A DNA stretch of 64,000 nucleotides from a virus (Duplodnaviria > Caudoviricetes): the IMG/VR virus record IMGVR_UViG_3300031857_000007, one strand, 5' to 3'. This document shows, one piece after another, positions 5,165 to 13,442 of this stretch. The position numbers and the translations under genes are program-made. How positions within the stretch are numbered: position 1 is the first letter of the stretch; each line of letters starts with the position of its first letter. A model generated the notes under the pieces. It was given only the letters and a program-made list of their open reading frames with translations, searched no databases and had not been told where the DNA came from.

Positions 5165-5168
5165 ACGA

Positions 5169-5241
5169 TGGGTCTGGTCGGGATCGAACCGACGACTTAC
5201 AGGTTAAAAGCCCGCTACTCTACCAACTGAGTTACAGACCC
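5169..5241 (-). tRNA. trnK(UUU): tRNA-Lys(UUU)
   Basis: CTTTTAA loop, GGGTCTG/CAGACCC acceptor. Confidence 0.92.
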
Positions 5242-5370
5242 AAATAATGTGGAAAATATTCAGTTGTCGATGTTCGGTGTGGTCTCTCTCGACCACTTGA
5301 TTAGAATACCACCGTTTGGTCTCTGGGGGGAGATTGGTGGACACTTAGGAAACCGTCACTGGTAACAAAC

Positions 5371-5404
5371 AAAAAAGGGGAGGAAACTTTTGGTTTCTCT
5401 CCCC
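5371..5404 (-). terminator. intrinsic terminator
   Basis: GGGGAGAGAAAC/GTTTCCTCCCC hairpin followed by T run. Confidence 0.7.
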
Positions 5405-5429
5405 TGTCTTTGCTTTTATGGATTACATC

Positions 5430-5531
5430 TTACATATGTCTTTCCATATCCGCAAACAGAGGAGTACCCTCAATATGCCAATAGCGCATATCAAGATTAC
5501 TAAACTGTTTGGTGGGCATTGGATAAGACAT
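5430..5531 (-). CDS. 33-aa hypothetical protein (MSYPMPTKQFSNLDMRYWHIEGTPLFADMERHM)
   Basis: Hand translation; bracketed by TATAAATA promoter and terminator. Confidence 0.55.
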   Translation of the reverse strand: MSYPMPTKQFSNLDMRYWHIEGTPLFADMERHM

Positions 5532-5552
5532 TGTTTTCGACCTAAGTGTGTT

Positions 5553-5583
5553 TATTTATAAGACTTTTTTGTTAAAAAGTCAA
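5553..5583 (-). promoter_or_regulatory. overlapping sigma70-type (TTGACT-N17-TATAAA) and T4 late (TATAAATA) promoter
   Basis: ttgact ttttaacaaaaaagtct tataaata. Confidence 0.7.
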
Positions 5584-5655
5584 CAGGCTCACCAGGAATC
5601 GAACCTGGGACAACCGCTTAGAAGGCGGTGGTTATATCCGCTTAACTATGAGCCC
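5584..5655 (-). tRNA. trnR(UCU): tRNA-Arg(UCU)
   Basis: ACCGC-CTTCTAA-GCGGT anticodon arm. Confidence 0.92.
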
Positions 5656-5661
5656 AAGAGG

Positions 5662-5732
5662 CCTCCCTGTTTGTGCATCGATGAGAGGCATGGGAGGGAC
5701 AGGACTTACACAGAGTTTGGACCCCTGTTGCC
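5662..5732 (-). ncRNA. candidate ~71-nt double-pseudoknot leader RNA
   Basis: GGCA/TGCC, ACAGG/CCTGT, CCTCCC/GGGAGG and TGTGTA/TGCACA pairings, the last two crossing. Confidence 0.5.
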
Positions 5733-5741
5733 TATGAGAAT

Positions 5742-5770
5742 ATTGTACTACTGTTTGGGGCAGGTGTCAA
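5742..5770 (-). promoter_or_regulatory. sigma70-type promoter TTGACA-N17-TACAAT at the head of the tRNA array
   Basis: ttgaca cctgccccaaacagtag tacaat. Confidence 0.8.
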
Positions 5771-6146
5771 CCCATGGAGCACAGAGTCTCATTTCGCCAC
5801 CAAGTAATCTTTGAGCCTCAGAGTTATCTGGAGCTTTCTCAATCAACCGTGGCAAAGGTACTCTAGGTGGTTCTGAGTCTCTTGTCAAGCGTTCGTACTC
5901 TCTGATTGCTTTATCAATATCACGTTCAACTCTTCTCTCCACCACACCAGGATCTTGGAGAAGAACCTCATTGATTATGGTCTGTGGGAACAGAGTCCTC
6001 TGTACCTCGTCTAGAAGGTCCCAGAGGCGCTCCTGAGGCACTCCTGAGCATTGGGAGAGGGTTGCTACGATACCACTGAGTATGACGCTTATAAGGATTA
6101 TCTGCTTCTTATCTGGTTTCTTCTTTCCGAAGTTAAAATTAAACAT
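5748..6146 (-). CDS. membrane-anchored / possible lipoprotein hypothetical protein
   Basis: Basic N-terminus, hydrophobic helix ending ATLSQC. Confidence 0.7.
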   Translation of the reverse strand: MFNFNFGKKKPDKKQIILISVILSGIVATLSQCSGVPQERLWDLLDEVQRTLFPQTIINEVLLQDPGVVERRVERDIDKAIREYERLTRDSEPPRVPLPRLIEKAPDNSEAQRLLGGEMRLCAPWVDTCPKQ

Positions 6147-6195
6147 AAAAAAAGAGGAGTAGCAACCGCTCTCCTCTATTTATTATTCTATTTTA

Positions 6196-6849
6196 TCAAA
6201 CCTCTACCGTGATCAGTTTGGAAGCATACTGATGAGCATACGAAGTGCGGGCACCATGAATGCCCCAACCAATCCAACTATACGCATAGTTCATGTAACG
6301 GTCGATAGACTTACCAGGAGTTTTCATCCTGTCTTCGATACGTTGCCATTGAACCTCAGTCGTTAGATAACGAAGTTGCGTGTGAAGTTCTGATGGAGAA
6401 CCACCATACTTCTTAGCAAAATCACCCAATCCATAATAACGGTTGGCAGATGTCCATTGGATCAGTCCATAACCGCCGTAGCAGCTATGCCAACTGGTCC
6501 TACTACCACCTTCGCAGATATTAGGCACGAACATAGATTCTTGCTTAATATTGCCCAGGATAGTAGCAAGGGCGTTTCTGTCTCTAATACCACGATCCTG
6601 GAAGTATGCCAGGGTAGCATTCTCATGTTCATTACACCCTTTACAAATTAGCCTTTTCTCTTTTGGCATTGGTGTTGGTGCAACCTCTAGGATTGCTGTC
6701 TTCTCAGGTTCAAACTCTTTAATAATTGAATAAGGTTTCTCCACTGGCGGAGGGGGACCTTGCAGTTTATAACTAGAGAATGGCAGTGTTGCCGTATTGG
6801 TTGTAACCATCGCCACTAGAGGAACGGCTACAGTAAAGAAGTTTAGCAT
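6196..6849 (-). CDS. phage-tail-type lysozyme domain protein (cell wall hydrolase) with N-terminal signal-like segment
   Basis: ALATILGNIKQES ... GYGLIQWT ... QLRYL motifs of phage tail lysozyme family. Confidence 0.75.
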   Translation of the reverse strand: MLNFFTVAVPLVAMVTTNTATLPFSSYKLQGPPPPVEKPYSIIKEFEPEKTAILEVAPTPMPKEKRLICKGCNEHENATLAYFQDRGIRDRNALATILGNIKQESMFVPNICEGGSRTSWHSCYGGYGLIQWTSANRYYGLGDFAKKYGGSPSELHTQLRYLTTEVQWQRIEDRMKTPGKSIDRYMNYAYSWIGWGIHGARTSYAHQYASKLITVEV

Positions 6850-6942
6850 TAAAATTAATTGAACTCTACATCCGTATAGAGAAAGGGGTAGACCTTTTTC
6901 TCAAAAGGCAATCTCCACGGCTCTAAATCAACTCAAAGTCTC
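6850..6942 (-). promoter_or_regulatory. structured 5' leader of the lysozyme gene (candidate cis-regulatory RNA)
   Basis: Follows TATAAT at 6943-6948; competing hairpins CCTTTT-GAGA-AAAAGG, GAGAAA/TTTCTC, CTCTATAC-GGAT-GTAGAG. Confidence 0.45.
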
Positions 6943-7001
6943 ATTATAAAAAAACCCACCTTAAGTGGGTTTAAACATTATAAGTTTTTATTTAGGATTA
7001 G

Positions 7002-7175
7002 TCAAGATTGCGGTTCTATGGAAATAATTTCCAATTCACTTTCATCCGGATCAATCCATTCGTAAAATTCTGCAAGAATAGCGCGAGCGTCATCTATAGA
7101 AACATTTTTATCTGCAGCACGATCAAGAGACCACTCCCGAACATGAGCCACAATATCTTCAGTCGTCGCGTTCAT
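7002..7175 (-). CDS. 57-aa hypothetical protein
   Basis: MNATTEDIVAHVREW...; start trimmed to avoid long overlap. Confidence 0.65.
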   Translation of the reverse strand: MNATTEDIVAHVREWSLDRAADKNVSIDDARAILAEFYEWIDPDESELEIISIEPQS

Positions 7176-7602
7176 AATAATCTTTTCGGAAGTATCTATT
7201 AAGTATGTTGGAATTGTAGTACCTCGGGGTTCCGTCGTCAAGTCCTTCTGTAAGGACATTGTTGAAGAAGAGTTGTCTTGTTTCTTCAAAGTTTGTTTTG
7301 CCCTTTGTTTTATGTAATGATAAAATAGTGCGCGTAAAATTCTCCCTACCATATTTTTCTATATCTTCTTTGAGTTCTGGACATGATCCGTAATATTTTT
7401 TCCAATCAGACTCTGATTTAACCTTTCTAGATTTTCCCTTCGGTGTGCGGAAACTCCAGAAATATTTTCTACCAATATAATCCCTACCAGTTTTAGTGCA
7501 ATGTATATGATATACAAAACCAAAATAATCCTGTATATCACTTGAACCAAATACTTTTCCATTGTAGGTCCAAGGATTTTCATAGTCAATATCTATACTC
7601 AT
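7159..7602 (-). CDS. GIY-YIG family endonuclease (EndoII/Seg-like)
   Basis: GFVY-x10-YIG, YYGS, and YN.N motifs. Confidence 0.8.
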   Translation of the reverse strand: MSIDIDYENPWTYNGKVFGSSDIQDYFGFVYHIHCTKTGRDYIGRKYFWSFRTPKGKSRKVKSESDWKKYYGSCPELKEDIEKYGRENFTRTILSLHKTKGKTNFEETRQLFFNNVLTEGLDDGTPRYYNSNILNRYFRKDYYERDD

Positions 7603-7741
7603 CAATAATATCAAGAACTTCGTTCAGATATTTATTAGCAAGTCCTTTGGCGTCCCAACTTGGTTGATCTTTATATAGTCTGTCTTTTAACTTTAATACA
7701 CGAACTTTTATTTCGTCTTTAGTTAGTTGATTTTTAGGCAT
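7586..7741 (-). CDS. 51-aa hypothetical protein (MPKNQLTKDEIKVRVLKLK...VLDIIDEYRY)
   Basis: Hand translation; fills gap. Confidence 0.6.
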   Translation of the reverse strand: MPKNQLTKDEIKVRVLKLKDRLYKDQPSWDAKGLANKYLNEVLDIIDEYRY

Positions 7742-7778
7742 AAAAAAGAGGAGATTAATCTCCTCTATCTATAATTAA

Positions 7779-7928
7779 TTAGTCATTTGCACCTAACCAT
7801 TCTTTACAATAATCATAATCTCCAAACATAAATTCATCACATTCTGCTGCCTCCTTATAAGCATTCAGAATTTCTTGCTCACACCACTCATCATAATTGG
7901 AATCCTGCGAAAGTATTTTTGGTAACAT
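7779..7928 (-). CDS. 49-aa acidic Cys-containing protein overlapping the nrdB 3' end (MLPKILSQDSNYDEWCEQE...CKEWLGAND)
   Basis: Hand translation. Confidence 0.55.
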   Translation of the reverse strand: MLPKILSQDSNYDEWCEQEILNAYKEAAECDEFMFGDYDYCKEWLGAND

Positions 7929-9081
7929 CTTGTTTAATACCTCCTACAACGTAGGATTCGACTTCTGTTTCTTGTGGAGCAACTTGAAGACCTTTAGAAG
8001 AGATCCAATGTTGCGTCCAAGGGAGAGGGTTATTGTTTGCTGGGATATCATATTGTGGTTTTAGACCAATCGCCTTTAGTCTACGATTTGCAACCCATTC
8101 AACATACTGTTGTAACAACTTGTCATTAAGTCCAATCATACTTCCGTCTTTGAACAGATAATCTGCCCATTTCTTTTCCTCACTTACAGCACGATCAAAC
8201 ATTGCATAAGTCCACTCTTCTTCTTCCTTCATGATCTGCTTCATTTCAGGATCATCACCATCACGCCACTTATTCAGAATATTCTGAGTGATTGCTAGGT
8301 GTTGATTTTCGTCTCTTGCGATAAGACTAATAATTTTAGCGGATCCTTCCATAAGCTTAAGTTCACCAAAGGCGAAACTACAAGCAAAACTAACATAGAA
8401 GCGAATACCTTCAAGAATGTTAACGTTTGCGACTGCTCTATACAGTTTTCGTTTAACATCATTAACGGTTTCCTTTGCGTATGAAACTCCTTCAAGATTA
8501 TGCATCCATGCATCGGATACACCATATTGTTGTGCAGACTGAATAAAGTCGTCATAAGACTCTGTAACGCTCTTAGCACGTTCTAGAATACGTTCATCGC
8601 CAATAATAGTGTCAAACACTTCAGAAGGATCCGAATAAACATTTTTAATGATGTAAGTATAAGAACGACTATGGATCATCTCCATAAATCCCCATACCTC
8701 CATACATGCCTCAAGTTCTGGCAAAGAACAATAAGGAATGAATGCCATACCAGGACCACGACCCTGAACAGAATCTAGCATGATCTGATACTTCAAATTA
8801 GAAGTATAGATATGCTTTTGTTCTGGACGAAGAGTTTGATAATCTCCTCTATCTTTTTGGAGGGAGACCTCCTCAGGTCTCCAGAAGTATCCAAGTTGTT
8901 GAGTTGTTAACCTATCAAAAATTGGATATTTGTAAGAATCATATCTTTGAATCCCAAGAGGTTTTCCAAAAAACATTGGTTGTTTTTTAGTATCAACTTG
9001 TTCGGTATTAAAAACCGTCATTCCTTTAATATTCGTTTGTTGTTCCTCTACGGAAGAAATTTTAAACTGCACAGGATTCAC
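7891..9081 (-). CDS. nrdB: ribonucleotide reductase class Ia beta subunit
   Basis: FWRPEEV, EMIHSRSY, EGIRFY, DENQH di-iron/radical motifs; QETEVESY C-terminus. Confidence 0.97.
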   Translation of the reverse strand: MNPVQFKISSVEEQQTNIKGMTVFNTEQVDTKKQPMFFGKPLGIQRYDSYKYPIFDRLTTQQLGYFWRPEEVSLQKDRGDYQTLRPEQKHIYTSNLKYQIMLDSVQGRGPGMAFIPYCSLPELEACMEVWGFMEMIHSRSYTYIIKNVYSDPSEVFDTIIGDERILERAKSVTESYDDFIQSAQQYGVSDAWMHNLEGVSYAKETVNDVKRKLYRAVANVNILEGIRFYVSFACSFAFGELKLMEGSAKIISLIARDENQHLAITQNILNKWRDGDDPEMKQIMKEEEEWTYAMFDRAVSEEKKWADYLFKDGSMIGLNDKLLQQYVEWVANRRLKAIGLKPQYDIPANNNPLPWTQHWISSKGLQVAPQETEVESYVVGGIKQDVTKNTFAGFQL

Positions 9082-11359
9082 ACTCTCCCTCCTCTACTGA
9101 ACTTAACTCGCTTAGCAAATCTTCAAGATTGGGTTTTTCTTCTACGACTTCATCAGTCTTAATATCATAAGTGTTTTGGTAGTAAGAAGTCTTCCACCCG
9201 TACTTGTATGTAGTCAAAAAGTCATTTGCCATTACAGAAGTAGGAACTTCATTGTTGGCATAATTTTCTGGATTATACGACCAGTTTCCAGAAATCGCTT
9301 GATCGAAGAATTTTTGCATAACTGCAACAATATTAATATAACCACGATTGCTAGGCATATTCCAAAGAATCGTATAATTGTTCTTAAGTGTGTGGTATTG
9401 CGGAACAATTTGCTTGAGCGGACCTTTCTTCGATTTCTTAATGGACAAGTAATCTCTAGGTGGTTCGATTCCATTGGTTGCGTTTGACACAACGGAACTG
9501 CTCTCCGATGGCATCTGTGCGGACAATGTTGAGTGCCTGAGACCATATTCCAAGATAGACGCTCTAAGAGATTCCCAGTCATGCTGATAAGAAATGGATG
9601 AAATTTCGTCTACGTCTTTTTTATAAGTATCAATTGGAAGAATGCCATCAGCATACTTAGTACGTCCAAAGTATTCGCAGTATCCCTTTTCTTTAGCAAG
9701 TTGATTGGAAGATTTCAACAGATAATACTGAAATGACTCAGAAAGTCCGTGAACTGCATCCCATGCCTCTTGCGAATCATAGTTATATCCAAGTTTTGCC
9801 AAATAGTGGGCAAGACCAATATAACCAATACCAAGCGAACGACGGGCCTTGGTGGCGATTTCTGCAGCTTCTACGGGGTATTTTTGATAATCAATCAACT
9901 CGTCTAAACCACGAACAGAAAGATCACAAAGTTCCTCAAGTTCTTCATCAGACTTTACCTTACCAACATTAATTGCAGAGAGAATGCAAAGTGCAATTTC
10001 TCCACTTGTATCATCAATATGTTGAATAGGATCTGTAGGTAGAGTAATCTCTTGACAAAGATTACTCATATTAACTTTATCTTTAAATGAGGAATGAGAA
10101 TTACAATGGTCAATGTTCATGATATAGACACGACCCGTTTCCGCACGTTCTTTGAGAAGGTTGAGAATGAGTTCTTGTGCCTTAACAGTTTTTTTCTTAA
10201 TGGTCGGATCTTTTTCATATGAAACATAGAGATCGTCAAACTCAGGGAATCCAAAGCTATCATAAAGTCCAGGGACATCATGTGGGGAGAAAAGCGTAAT
10301 CTCAGCATCCTGAATGAACCTCTCATAGAAGAGTTTGCTGATTTGAATACTGTAGTCAAGTTTGCGAACACGATTATCCTCCGTACCTTTATTATTCTTT
10401 AGTACAAGAATATCTTCTATTTCTTGGTGCCAGATTGGGAAGTGTACTGTCGCGGATCCACCTCGTATGCCATTTTGCGTGCAGCATCGGACAGTCGCTT
10501 CAAACTTCTTGAGAAATGGTACAACACCTGTATGTTGAACTTCTCCACCTCTGATTTTACTGTTGATCCCACGGATGCGACCAGCGTTGATACCGATCCC
10601 CGCCCTCTGTGCAACGTATCGGCCAATAGCCATATCAGAACTAAAGATACTATCGAGGGTGTCATCAACGTCAACAAGGACACAGCTAGCAAATTGTCTA
10701 AGCGGAGTTCGCACTCCCGCCATGATTGGTGTTGGGATGTTGATTTTGTGTTTGGAGATTGCGTCATAATATCTCTTTACATATGACATACGGGTTTCTT
10801 TTGGATACTCTGCAAAAATTGTCAGAGCAATCATCATGTACATAAACTGTGGGGTTTCATATACGCCGCCACTACTTCTATCTTGCACGAGGTACTTATC
10901 AACGACCTGACGTAAACCTGCATAAGTGAAGAGATAGTCACGGTCATGATCAATAAAACTATCAGCTCGTACAATCTCTTCTTGAGAGTATTTGTTAAAA
11001 ATGTCACTATCATAAACCTCTGCATTTACGCAGTTATAGATATGCTGCTCCAATGAAGGGAGTTCCTTCATTTTTCCATAAAGTTGTTTGCGAACTGCAA
11101 AAAGAAGAAGACGGGCAGCAACATATTGATAATTTGGGTGATCCAAATCAATAAGATCACTAGCACTACGAATCAGAATTTCCTGAATCTCTGCCGTGGT
11201 AATTCCGTCATAAAATTGAATGCCAGAGGTCATCTCAACTTGACTAGCAGAGACGCCTGCAAGACCCTTACATGCCTCTTCAACCATTAAATGCATCTTG
11301 TCTAGGTCAAGAGACTCAATTCGCCCATCACGCTTTTTTACTTTGGTTCCGTTGCTCAT
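9062..11359 (-). CDS. nrdA: ribonucleotide reductase class Ia alpha subunit
   Basis: ATP-cone, PTPIMAG, SCVL, SNLCQEI, MPSESSS, C-terminal CESC. Confidence 0.97.
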   Translation of the reverse strand: MSNGTKVKKRDGRIESLDLDKMHLMVEEACKGLAGVSASQVEMTSGIQFYDGITTAEIQEILIRSASDLIDLDHPNYQYVAARLLLFAVRKQLYGKMKELPSLEQHIYNCVNAEVYDSDIFNKYSQEEIVRADSFIDHDRDYLFTYAGLRQVVDKYLVQDRSSGGVYETPQFMYMMIALTIFAEYPKETRMSYVKRYYDAISKHKINIPTPIMAGVRTPLRQFASCVLVDVDDTLDSIFSSDMAIGRYVAQRAGIGINAGRIRGINSKIRGGEVQHTGVVPFLKKFEATVRCCTQNGIRGGSATVHFPIWHQEIEDILVLKNNKGTEDNRVRKLDYSIQISKLFYERFIQDAEITLFSPHDVPGLYDSFGFPEFDDLYVSYEKDPTIKKKTVKAQELILNLLKERAETGRVYIMNIDHCNSHSSFKDKVNMSNLCQEITLPTDPIQHIDDTSGEIALCILSAINVGKVKSDEELEELCDLSVRGLDELIDYQKYPVEAAEIATKARRSLGIGYIGLAHYLAKLGYNYDSQEAWDAVHGLSESFQYYLLKSSNQLAKEKGYCEYFGRTKYADGILPIDTYKKDVDEISSISYQHDWESLRASILEYGLRHSTLSAQMPSESSSVVSNATNGIEPPRDYLSIKKSKKGPLKQIVPQYHTLKNNYTILWNMPSNRGYINIVAVMQKFFDQAISGNWSYNPENYANNEVPTSVMANDFLTTYKYGWKTSYYQNTYDIKTDEVVEEKPNLEDLLSELSSVEEGECESCAV

Positions 11360-12324
11360 ATTTTCTTCCAAGTAGTAAATTTTAGTTTTGCTTCTAATCC
11401 AGAATAAGTATTTAATTCTATCATAGACTGCACATTCAGTCCAGATAGCACCATATCATTAATATCCTTTTCGTTTACGATAGAAGGCCAGATTACAACT
11501 CTTTCTCCATTGTTGATGTGTTGTTCGATTCTACGGTGGATTTCTGCATTACGTGGTTCGTTATCATAGATCCACACACAATTGTCAATGCCCCACTTAC
11601 CAACATCACCGTCTGCACCGCAAAGAGCAATTGAGTTTGGTACGAAAGTTGAGTCGAATGGACCTTCCGTGATGTAGACAGTTTGATCCTTTTTGATTTC
11701 ATCGAGACCATAAATTTTTGGTGCGTCATCGTCAAGCATTATAGTGATGTATTTAACTTTACTGGGACCAATCGATCTTCCTTGAAATCCGACTAAGTTA
11801 TTTTGATAAAACAAAGAAATTATAATCCTTGGTTCATCTTTATCCGTATTGTCGAATGTGTGGCGAAGAGAATTAGTCCACTCTTTAAATTTTTCGGTGT
11901 AATAATAGTTATCTGGATTTATTTTTCTACTTTCCAAATATCTTTTTGCTATTAGATTTTGCGAAGCTTTTGGCAAATCTAATTTTGGTCTAAATTTTGG
12001 AGTTTCAAATTTAAACTCTGGTTCACTTACAGTGAAATTTTTTCCAGTATGTCCTTCTTTAAATTTTTCAAAAGTATATTGTTTGTAAATTGCAGAATCT
12101 ATTTGCTTTAGAAAATTATTAAAGGATATGTTTATCCCACAATTATGACATTTATAGTTTGTATTATTTTTTACTTGATATAGATACCCTCTTGCTTTAT
12201 TCTTATTTTTTTGCGAATCTCCACAAATTGGACAACGAAAATTGTAGAGATTAGGTTTTACTCTTTTAAACTTTTGAAATCTAGAAGAAATCAAATTGAT
12301 GTATTTAACATCAACAAAATCCAT
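11356..12324 (-). CDS. gp61: DNA primase (T4 gp61-like)
   Basis: CPICGDS...CHNCG zinc domain, EGPFD and YDNE TOPRIM motifs. Confidence 0.95.
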   Translation of the reverse strand: MDFVDVKYINLISSRFQKFKRVKPNLYNFRCPICGDSQKNKNKARGYLYQVKNNTNYKCHNCGINISFNNFLKQIDSAIYKQYTFEKFKEGHTGKNFTVSEPEFKFETPKFRPKLDLPKASQNLIAKRYLESRKINPDNYYYTEKFKEWTNSLRHTFDNTDKDEPRIIISLFYQNNLVGFQGRSIGPSKVKYITIMLDDDAPKIYGLDEIKKDQTVYITEGPFDSTFVPNSIALCGADGDVGKWGIDNCVWIYDNEPRNAEIHRRIEQHINNGERVVIWPSIVNEKDINDMVLSGLNVQSMIELNTYSGLEAKLKFTTWKKI

Positions 12325-12361
12325 AACCAATCCCTGTGAGTCAGTCTATTCTACCAGAATA

Positions 12362-12466
12362 TCAAATCTTGTCAACACACAAAACGGTTATAAGTCCGGT
12401 CCATTTTATAACCGAATTTGTTATTTTTTGGATCGCATAAATTGTTGTTTTGTTTTTAGTCTTCAT
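12362..12466 (-). CDS. 34-aa hypothetical protein (MKTKNKTTIYAIQKITNSVIKWTGLITVLCVDKI)
   Basis: Hand translation; low support. Confidence 0.35.
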   Translation of the reverse strand: MKTKNKTTIYAIQKITNSVIKWTGLITVLCVDKI

Positions 12467-12489
12467 GGCAACTTGTGCCAATTCTAAGA

Positions 12490-12837
12490 CTATTTATTCC
12501 TAACTTTTTCTGTCAAAGAATTTATTGAGACAGATATAAAATCTGTTACAACTGGAAAAAATAATAAAGAAAGAGCTACAACTCCTGCTACCATCCACCT
12601 AAATTTTGAAAGTTCATCAACCTTTACTTCCAATTTTCCAATCTTTTCATTTGTGTCTTCGTCACTTCTAACACAGTTGAAGATTCTTTCGTCATGAACA
12701 GCAAGCATTTTACAGATATTTTGATTAGTTTCACTCAAAGTTTGAATGGCAGCATCTACACGCTCTACCATTTCTTCGTGTATCTTTACTCTTTCTTCAA
12801 GAACAGCAACTTTAATCTTTGAGTCTTGGCCGAACAT
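12490..12837 (-). CDS. coiled-coil protein with C-terminal TM helix
   Basis: Heptad-rich, hydrophobic RWMVAGVVALSLLFF. Confidence 0.75.
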   Translation of the reverse strand: MFGQDSKIKVAVLEERVKIHEEMVERVDAAIQTLSETNQNICKMLAVHDERIFNCVRSDEDTNEKIGKLEVKVDELSKFRWMVAGVVALSLLFFPVVTDFISVSINSLTEKVRNK

Positions 12838-12841
12838 TGTT

Positions 12842-13063
12842 TTACTGCGATGGTTTCTTTTTCATCCAGCGTTTGCGGGATCCCACTCCTAAAGACGCAT
12901 ATTTCTTTCTTCTTGTTAATCCCATTACAGGATCGAAACCAGCTTTAATTTTTGGATCACCTGAACCCGTATATCCACCATTTCCAACTGCCATCATTTC
13001 CTCTTTCAAGTTTTTATAGTTACGAAATGCTTCAATAATTTTATCCAATTTACTGTTTTCCAT
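12842..13063 (-). CDS. hypothetical protein
   Basis: 73-aa ORF in operon. Confidence 0.7.
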   Translation of the reverse strand: MENSKLDKIIEAFRNYKNLKEEMMAVGNGGYTGSGDPKIKAGFDPVMGLTRRKKYASLGVGSRKRWMKKKPSQ

Positions 13064-13436
13064 TATAGACCTTTCGAAGTTCGGATAAACAATTTATATC
13101 AACTTGAACATCATGAATAAAACATTTAGGATATTCTGGCAATTTATTTAAAAAAATAATAAAAGTTTTCATCACTGACCACAATTCTTTTTCTATTTTA
13201 TAGAATAACATAGGAGTAGCAGCATCACCAAAAATATTATATAAAATAATAAAATGATTCAAAAGCAAATGAGTTTTTAATTCACCACTATTCTTATATC
13301 TTTTAAGAAGACGTTTGATGTACTTAAAGTGATTTAAGTCTCTATCAAAGTCTTCTTTTGTTACTGCTTGCGGATTTTCATAATTTTTAATCGCAAATAA
13401 AAGAAAATTTTCTTCGTTCAGTTCATTAAAAATCAT
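13050..13436 (-). CDS. conserved T4-like phage hypothetical protein
   Basis: FxELNEENFLLFAIKNYENP...HLLLNHFIILYNIFG. Confidence 0.8.
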   Translation of the reverse strand: MIFNELNEENFLLFAIKNYENPQAVTKEDFDRDLNHFKYIKRLLKRYKNSGELKTHLLLNHFIILYNIFGDAATPMLFYKIEKELWSVMKTFIIFLNKLPEYPKCFIHDVQVDINCLSELRKVYNGKQ

Positions 13437-13442
13437 ATTCTA

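Noticed and set aside
77-5814. ORFs listed over the tRNA array (e.g. 77..412+, 2776..2985+, 3043..3357-, 3891..4100+, 4770..4997+, 4853..5038-, 5053..5247+, 5548..5814+)
   Set aside because: They overlap well-formed tRNAs or structured RNA and have no recognisable protein motif
7159-7602. GIY-YIG gene as a newly inserted mobile homing endonuclease
   Set aside because: Short catalytic-domain-only protein at a position typical for T4-like cyanophages; more likely a resident EndoII-like nuclease
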